64,000 nt of DNA, taken from the NCBI GenBank assembly GCA_002328405.1, contig DCXM01000006.1:18873-82872 (forward strand). Direction: 5' to 3'. Below are positions 58,119 through 64,000 of the stretch, in pieces. Each line of letters opens with the position of its first letter. Position 1 is the stretch's first letter. The translations under genes and the position numbers were made by a program. The notes under the pieces were generated by a model, which was not told the DNA's origin, did no database searches, and saw only the letters and a program-made list of their open reading frames with translations. The stretch comes from Proteobacteria bacterium UBA2136 (GTDB lineage: Bacteria; Pseudomonadota; Alphaproteobacteria; UBA2136).

Positions 58119-58360
58119 AAAGCAAAATATAACTGAAATGGTTGATCATTTAAACGATAAATTGATTTTTCTTTGACAATGACGGCAATTTGTTTATGCT
58201 ACTGAATGCAAATGCAAACCTTGTCGTTTTACACCTCAAACCCTTGATGCTTCAGTTTTTAAAGCTTGTGCATCTACTACCTTCCTTCACCCACCACTTC
58301 ACCTTACCCTTAACAGATGTTATGTACTTTTATTCATCACCCCGACTGGAGGGCTGAAAA

Positions 58361-58729
58361 ATGAAACCTAAGCAAATGTTCCAAATTAAAAATGGCATCT
58401 CGCCTGACCTGCATATTGAAGAGCAGAAACTTATGCCGGAAAGCCACTTTACCCCTGAAGACAAAAAAGCCATTGCCGCCATTCACGCCCAGCACATTGA
58501 AGATTACTTCATGAATGGCATGAGCCCACCGCCGAACATCCTGCTGGTGGATGGTCAAAAACTGACCAACTTACCCGGCACGGTGAGACAACTGACCACA
58601 ACTTTTGAAACGGTGAACGGCCACAATGTGGACATTCAAACCATTTTTGCACCGGTGGATGATTACCCCCGCGGTCAAAATGCCCAGTCCTGCCGTTACC
58701 TGAAACTTTCTGGCCAGACTTACGCATAA
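58361..58729 (+). CDS. Hypothetical protein (122 aa)
   Basis: GGAGG RBS, TTGACA-N16-TATGCT at 58173-58200, terminator downstream. Confidence 0.7.
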   Translation: MKPKQMFQIKNGISPDLHIEEQKLMPESHFTPEDKKAIAAIHAQHIEDYFMNGMSPPPNILLVDGQKLTNLPGTVRQLTTTFETVNGHNVDIQTIFAPVDDYPRGQNAQSCRYLKLSGQTYA

Positions 58730-58737
58730 ATTATATT

Positions 58738-58769
58738 AAAAAAAAGCCCCTCTTCGGAGGGCTTTTTTT
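58738..58769. terminator. Bidirectional terminator
   Basis: A-tract-GCCC...GGGC-T-tract between convergent genes. Confidence 0.8.
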
Positions 58770-58794
58770 ATGGTTAATGCCTATAATAATTGGC

Positions 58795-60060
58795 TTAATT
58801 GGCTGATGTGAACAGATAGCCCAGTGTCCGCTTCTTACCGTCTTCCACTCCCGGTTGGTTCCATGTATTGACATTTAAAACAAGGCCTGCCACCGCTGTT
58901 TCCAGCATAAAATGCATCAGCAAGGCACCCAAAACTTTTTCGTCTAAGGCTGGGGTGTAAAAAACCCGAACCGGCACACCGGCCGCCGTTAACGCATCGG
59001 CCGTGCCTTGCGCTTGGTTATAAATCAACCGACCCAGCGTTAAGCCCGCCAACACATCCACCCCTGCTTTTTGCGCCATTTTAGGCTCAACGGCAGTGCC
59101 TTGGTTTTGGCAATCTGGCACAATGAGGGTGACCAGTTTGTCCTTTGGGCCGTCCATTAGCAATTGCAAGGCACTGTGCTGATCGGTGCTGCCCACCGCC
59201 GCCACAGGGGTGGTGCCCAAACCATCCTTACCCAAACTTTCCGCCCACAACTGCACAAACCACTCGCTCATTTTCCGCAAGCGGTCGCTGTACGGCATCA
59301 TGTATTGAATGGTTTTATCACCGGTGGCCAACAAAGCCCCTTGCACCGCAGGGTGCTGATGTGGGTTGGCTAAAAAGCTTTGCAACACCTGCGCCGCCCC
59401 TTGGCGAATTTGCACCGCGTCCACCCCAGCGGCAATGGCAGGGATTAACCCCACCAAGGTCAGCACCGTAAAACGGCCACCCACTTCTTCAGGGTGGTTT
59501 AAAATGGGCACTTGCTCACTTTCAAGCAGTTGACGCAGTGGGCTGGATTTGGGTTCGGTTAAGCCAACCAGATGGTCGGCCACATTGAGATTTTGCGCTT
59601 GAAAAGCTTGCATAAACAAAGATGTTTGCGCCAAAGTTTCCAACGTGCCGCCAGACTTGCTCACGCTTAAAACCGCCGTTTTTTCAAGTGGCAAGTGGCT
59701 GATCAGGTCATCCACCGTGGTTGGGTCCACATTGTCCACAAAATGAACATCAAACGACGTGCTGGCAAACAGACCCTTAAAACAGGCAAGCGTTTGCGCC
59801 CCAAGGGACGACCCGCCGACACCCAAAACAACCAAATGCTTGAACTTTTTCTGCCAGTTTTCAATCAAAACATGCAACGCCGCCACGTCCTCTGTGCGCA
59901 AGGCAAGGGTAAAGGCTGGGTAGTCCCCCTCTTGAAGTTGCTGTTGGAAGGCGGAAATTTTATTTTTAAGTTCAGGGGTCAGCGATTTTTCAAACCCTTT
60001 ACCCACAAGCCCTAAAACCTGCAAGGCAGACATATCGTCATAATGATAAAGGTCGGACAT
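58795..60060 (-). CDS. pgi: Glucose-6-phosphate isomerase
   Basis: GVGGSSLG, SKSGGTLET, VGGRFTVL, QLWAESLGK, DQHS.LQL, NQPGVEDGK. Confidence 0.95.
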   Translation of the reverse strand: MSDLYHYDDMSALQVLGLVGKGFEKSLTPELKNKISAFQQQLQEGDYPAFTLALRTEDVAALHVLIENWQKKFKHLVVLGVGGSSLGAQTLACFKGLFASTSFDVHFVDNVDPTTVDDLISHLPLEKTAVLSVSKSGGTLETLAQTSLFMQAFQAQNLNVADHLVGLTEPKSSPLRQLLESEQVPILNHPEEVGGRFTVLTLVGLIPAIAAGVDAVQIRQGAAQVLQSFLANPHQHPAVQGALLATGDKTIQYMMPYSDRLRKMSEWFVQLWAESLGKDGLGTTPVAAVGSTDQHSALQLLMDGPKDKLVTLIVPDCQNQGTAVEPKMAQKAGVDVLAGLTLGRLIYNQAQGTADALTAAGVPVRVFYTPALDEKVLGALLMHFMLETAVAGLVLNVNTWNQPGVEDGKKRTLGYLFTSAN

Positions 60061-60095
60061 CAAGACACTTTCAATTTTTTATTGCAAACGTAAAG

Positions 60096-62189
60096 TTAGT
60101 TTAACGTTTTTCTTTGAATGTCGTCAAATCCTTCTAAAATTTCGGCCGCTGGCATTGCAAAGTGGTAACCTTGGGCAAAGTCGATCCCCAATTGTTTGAG
60201 GAAGTGTACCGTTTCTTGATCTTCCACCATTTCGGCAACGGTTAAAATTTTAAGTTTATGAGCCACGTCCCGCAAGGCGCGGACAAAGGCTTCGTCTTCC
60301 TTGTTGCGGTGCAAGTCACGAATGAAGGAGCCGTCAATCTTAATAAAGTCCAGGTCTAATTGGCGGATGTAATCAAGAGAAGAATAACCCACACCACAGT
60401 CATCCAACGCCAACAGTGCACCTTGCTCCTTAAGCCTTGTAATCACACGTCTTGCGGTAGAAATATCCTTCAAAGCGGATGTTTCAGTCAGCTCAAAAAT
60501 GGCGCTGCCGGTGGCAATGTCCTTGGTGGATAGGTGGTGGATAATGCGGTCAATGGTATCCTTATCGGCAAAAGTTTTGCCTGAAATGTTCATGCTGAGC
60601 GACACGTTTTTGCCTTGGGCTTGCCAACGTTCCAACATGTCCAGCGCACGGCCAATGACAATGCGGTCCAGCTTGGCAATCAAGCCATATTCTTCAACAA
60701 TTTCAATAAACTTCACAGGGGATACAATATCACCGTTTTGGTCCAACAAGCGCACCAACACTTCATAACGTTCAGCGCCTGCTTCATTGTTCAAGCTTAC
60801 AATGGGCTGGTAATACAAAATAACGCGCTCTTGTTCTTTTTCCAAGCAGGAGGACACAAAGTTCAACAGCTCCATCCGCTTGATGGAATCCCCTTGGCGC
60901 AGTTCAAGGTCGTCATAAACGCAAAGGGTGTTGCTGCCACGTTTTTTCGCTTCTTCCAATGCAATGTGGGCGTTGGCCAGCAATTCATCACTGGTGGAAA
61001 TACCCAGCACACCCAAGCTGACAGCGCCAACACGCACTGTGCAATGTAGTTCATGGTCATTAAAGTGGAAGACACGGTTGGAAATGGCACGGATATAGTC
61101 CTTGCCCAGTTTTTCAGCGTCCTTAATTTTGGTATTGGGCATAATGATGGCAAATTCATCGGCACCGACCCTGGCCACCACGTCCTGACTGCGGACCAGC
61201 GACTTGATAATTTGTCCTGTGTGCACCAGCAATTTATCGCCAGCGTCATAACCGTGACGGTCATTCACAAATTTAAAACGGTCAATGTTGATGACCAACA
61301 GCGCACCGTCACGCCCTTCTCTAAGGTGATAGCGGGAACTGCGCCCCAGCTCTTCTACAAATCTTGTGCGGTTAAAAAAGCCGGTCAATGCGTCATTGTT
61401 GGTGAGGAAATAAAGGTGATCCACCGATGCTTTTTCGTTTGAAATATCCTTTGCAACCCCACGGTAACCCACAATACGGCCGGTTTTATCAAAAACAGGC
61501 ACACCGCTGAGCGACCAACATTGGCGACTACCAAAGGCGTCAAAGCTCCAATATTCTTCGTCATGAAACGGTTTTGGCTCTTTAAAATAAGCGTTGAAAT
61601 TGTCCGCCAGTCGGCTTTCTTCTTCTGGTAAAAAGCATTTGGCAAAAGCGGTGCCTTTTTCCACATTTTCCATGGAACGGCGACGGCTGGATGAAAAAAT
61701 AATGTTGAGGTTTTTGTCCACTTCCCACAACCAATCCGCAAAGTGGTCCGCCACGTCTTTAAAACGCTGTTCGGATAAGCGGTTCACTTCTTCCAACTTG
61801 GAAACAGACTGACCCAGTGCGTGATATTCCTTCAAAGCATCCATCACGCTGACAAAAACGTCTTGGTCCACACTGGTGCGTGGCAACACAAAACGCAAAC
61901 CACGGGAACGACTGCGGCTTTTAACTTCGTCCGAATCAGTCATCACCAAAATGGGGCCTTTTTTACGGCGTTCAATATGGTCGATAAAGTCAATGGTTTG
62001 CGCGTTATACTCATCCGTCACCAGAATAATAACGTCAAAAGACTCTTCCTTTTCAAAGGCAACAAGGCATTTCTCAAAACCTTCAACAGCTTGATGTGGC
62101 TGCCCTGAAAGGGGCGAATTCTGACGCAAGAACAAAGCACGCACTTTGTCCGCAAGTGAAAGTTCTGGCGCTGCAATGAACACTGACAT
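60096..62189 (-). CDS. Degenerate REC-PAS-GGDEF-EAL c-di-GMP signalling protein
   Basis: PAS (DWLWEVD...GYRGVAKDIS), DALTGFFNR..RVGADEF, EVLVRL..FELTET..LDDCGVGYSSL..IKIDGSF..AEMVE..QGYHF. Confidence 0.92.
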   Translation of the reverse strand: MSVFIAAPELSLADKVRALFLRQNSPLSGQPHQAVEGFEKCLVAFEKEESFDVIILVTDEYNAQTIDFIDHIERRKKGPILVMTDSDEVKSRSRSRGLRFVLPRTSVDQDVFVSVMDALKEYHALGQSVSKLEEVNRLSEQRFKDVADHFADWLWEVDKNLNIIFSSSRRRSMENVEKGTAFAKCFLPEEESRLADNFNAYFKEPKPFHDEEYWSFDAFGSRQCWSLSGVPVFDKTGRIVGYRGVAKDISNEKASVDHLYFLTNNDALTGFFNRTRFVEELGRSSRYHLREGRDGALLVINIDRFKFVNDRHGYDAGDKLLVHTGQIIKSLVRSQDVVARVGADEFAIIMPNTKIKDAEKLGKDYIRAISNRVFHFNDHELHCTVRVGAVSLGVLGISTSDELLANAHIALEEAKKRGSNTLCVYDDLELRQGDSIKRMELLNFVSSCLEKEQERVILYYQPIVSLNNEAGAERYEVLVRLLDQNGDIVSPVKFIEIVEEYGLIAKLDRIVIGRALDMLERWQAQGKNVSLSMNISGKTFADKDTIDRIIHHLSTKDIATGSAIFELTETSALKDISTARRVITRLKEQGALLALDDCGVGYSSLDYIRQLDLDFIKIDGSFIRDLHRNKEDEAFVRALRDVAHKLKILTVAEMVEDQETVHFLKQLGIDFAQGYHFAMPAAEILEGFDDIQRKTLN

Positions 62190-62358
62190 TATACCTTAAA
62201 GTCCTTATTTAATTACCACACATACCTTATGAGGTTTTGCACAAAATACCACTTAAGTATAACTGACATTTTAGCGCAAATTTTTTTTAGCACAACCTAA
62301 ACTTAGGATTTGCTTATTCTTTTTATCACTGACCGCTTAAATTTTTTAAAGCGAAAGC

Positions 62359-63081
62359 CTAGACAATGATGGTGTTTGGGTTATTTTCACGGGCTTGTGA
62401 AAGTTTACCATCCATCACATAAAGTAGGCCTGCCATGTCACGTACCGCAGGGTCACGACTGTCCACCACGCAACCACTCATGGTCATGCGGGTGCGACCG
62501 ACCGATAGGTCATAGTCCCTGTCCACCGAAGCACGAATACGCTCTGCCAAGATTTTTGCACCTTCCACGTCGGTTTCAGGGCACAGCACCATGAATGTTT
62601 TTTCGCTGGTGCGTCCTGGCGAGTCACTGTCACGAATAAAGTGACGAATGGCGCGCGCCGCTTCACCCACCAGCATGTTCATGTCGCCCATACTAATGTG
62701 GGGCAAGTCATCGCCGAAGGGGTCTAATTCAAAGGCGATCACGCTAAAGTGTGTATCATACCTAAGGGCGCGGTAAAGCTCTTTTTCCACCAAATGCAAA
62801 ATGTAACGGCGCGAAAACATTTGGGTCACTTCGTCATAAGCCATCAACTCACGCAGGTAAGAAACGGCTGTTTCAAGCGCTTTACCACTGCGTTCTAGGG
62901 TGACGACAAGGTCGGTAATTTTTGCCATCTCCTCGCGTGAGATGCTGATGGCACCGTCGGTCATTGTCAGACGTACTTTATTTGATTTCACCCGTGAGAT
63001 AAAATCTTCCGCCTCTTCTAAAGAAGTTTCAATGTCGCGGATGGTGCGAATGTCATGGAGAATGCTGGGTGCATCTTTCAT
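62359..63081 (-). CDS. Degenerate GGDEF-domain protein
   Basis: YDEVTQMFSRR..ELYRALRY..IRDSDSPGRTSEKTFMVLCPET..AKILAERIR; GGDEF replaced by SEKTF. Confidence 0.82.
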   Translation of the reverse strand: MKDAPSILHDIRTIRDIETSLEEAEDFISRVKSNKVRLTMTDGAISISREEMAKITDLVVTLERSGKALETAVSYLRELMAYDEVTQMFSRRYILHLVEKELYRALRYDTHFSVIAFELDPFGDDLPHISMGDMNMLVGEAARAIRHFIRDSDSPGRTSEKTFMVLCPETDVEGAKILAERIRASVDRDYDLSVGRTRMTMSGCVVDSRDPAVRDMAGLLYVMDGKLSQARENNPNTIIV

Positions 63082-63259
63082 TGCTCAAATTACCTAAACT
63101 TAATTTATATTTTTTTCAATTTTGCGGTCATTTTCATCAAAAAGCAAACAAAAGCATCATACAAAGCGGAATCACCGCCACTTAAAAAGAATGATTGTTT
63201 CTTACTTGCAACGCAGAAGTATATTATAAATTCATTAAATTTCAATTACTTACAATTTT

Positions 63260-63275
63260 TGGCACACTTTATGCT
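63260..63275 (+). promoter_or_regulatory. Sigma54 -24/-12 promoter of flgF operon
   Basis: TGGCAC-ACTTT-ATGCT. Confidence 0.78.
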
Positions 63276-63364
63276 TTTAACTTCGGTGAAAAGTTTCTGG
63301 GGAGAAACGTAGGAGAGATGTCACCACCAAAAGTGACATAAGATAAATTTGAGGGAGTGGAAAC

Positions 63365-64000
63365 ATGACTGTACCAGTATATATCGTATCGTCAAACATG
63401 ATTGCCCAGCGCCAAAAGCTGGACATGACGGCCGATAATATCGCTAACAGCAACACGGTTGGCTTTAAAAAGCTTGGCATGACCTTTCAGGAGGTTGTCA
63501 GCCGCCAAAAAGCCGAAACGGTTGGATCTTTCACACATCACAATGGTACATTTTATAACTTCACTCAAGGCGGCTTTGAGCGCACAGACAATGACTTTGA
63601 CGTGGCCATCCAAGGGGCGGGCTTTTTCCAAACCGAACGGAACGGTCAAATTCATCTGACACGCAATGGCCATTTCTCCATGAATAATGTGGGCGAGCTG
63701 GTGACGGACGCAGGTTCACCTGTTTTGGACGCCAACGGCGGACCCATCATTATTCCCGCAGACAGCGCTGAGATTTTAATCAGCCGTGACGGCACCATTT
63801 CAAACCAAAACGGCATTGTTGCCCAATTGGGTGTGGTGCAAGTGGCAGACCCACAAAAATTAACCCGCACTGGTGAACATGGCTACATTTTAGAAGATGG
63901 CGCCTCAATCCCGGTGGAAAACATTAACGTTGTGCAAGGCTTTGTTGAGTCTTCCAACATTAACCCCATCGAAGAAACCGTGACCTTAACCGAACTGAAC
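63365..64000 (+). CDS. flgF: Flagellar basal-body rod protein FlgF (runs off the right edge; absent from the ORF track)
   Basis: Manual translation: MTVPVYIVSS..LDMTADNIANSNTVGFKK..QGGFERTDNDFDVAIQGAGFF..TRNGHF..VVQGFVESSNINPIEE; GGGAG RBS. Confidence 0.88.
   Translation, partial: MTVPVYIVSSNMIAQRQKLDMTADNIANSNTVGFKKLGMTFQEVVSRQKAETVGSFTHHNGTFYNFTQGGFERTDNDFDVAIQGAGFFQTERNGQIHLTRNGHFSMNNVGELVTDAGSPVLDANGGPIIIPADSAEILISRDGTISNQNGIVAQLGVVQVADPQKLTRTGEHGYILEDGASIPVENINVVQGFVESSNINPIEETVTLTELN

Overview
Bacterial chromosomal window (genetic code 11; gene content and order point to an alphaproteobacterium-like organism, an inference). It holds three flagellar blocks: partial fliM plus fliL-fliS-fliD-flaG-flagellin; a second flagellin divergent from fliF-fliG-fliH-fliN-motA-flbD; and partial flgF at the right edge. 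Four sigma54-type promoter motifs accompany them. Also present: class Ia nrdAB with NrdR boxes, a 2318-aa RTX/Ig-repeat adhesin, a 1079-aa secreted fibre-like repeat protein, etfB-etfA-ETF:QO, a stand-alone tRNA-Ala(UGC) followed by ~9 kb of accessory genes, and housekeeping genes (rpoD, dnaG, greA, tsaC, tadA, pseudouridine synthase, rsmD, mutL, pgi, c-di-GMP proteins). The best candidate for an undescribed system is 39.0-45.1 kb. There a CooC-like ATPase, a PLP decarboxylase-fold enzyme, a cysteine-synthase/rhodanese fusion and His/Cys-rich orphans form two transcription units. Their promoters are bracketed by copies of the palindrome TGTTAA-N3-TTAACA (Zur-box-like), which suggests a metal-regulated small-molecule (metallophore-like) pathway. 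One gene of this unit is split by an in-frame TGA. No CRISPR array, rRNA, transposase or integrase was seen. All assignments are by-eye motif recognition; no database searches were run.
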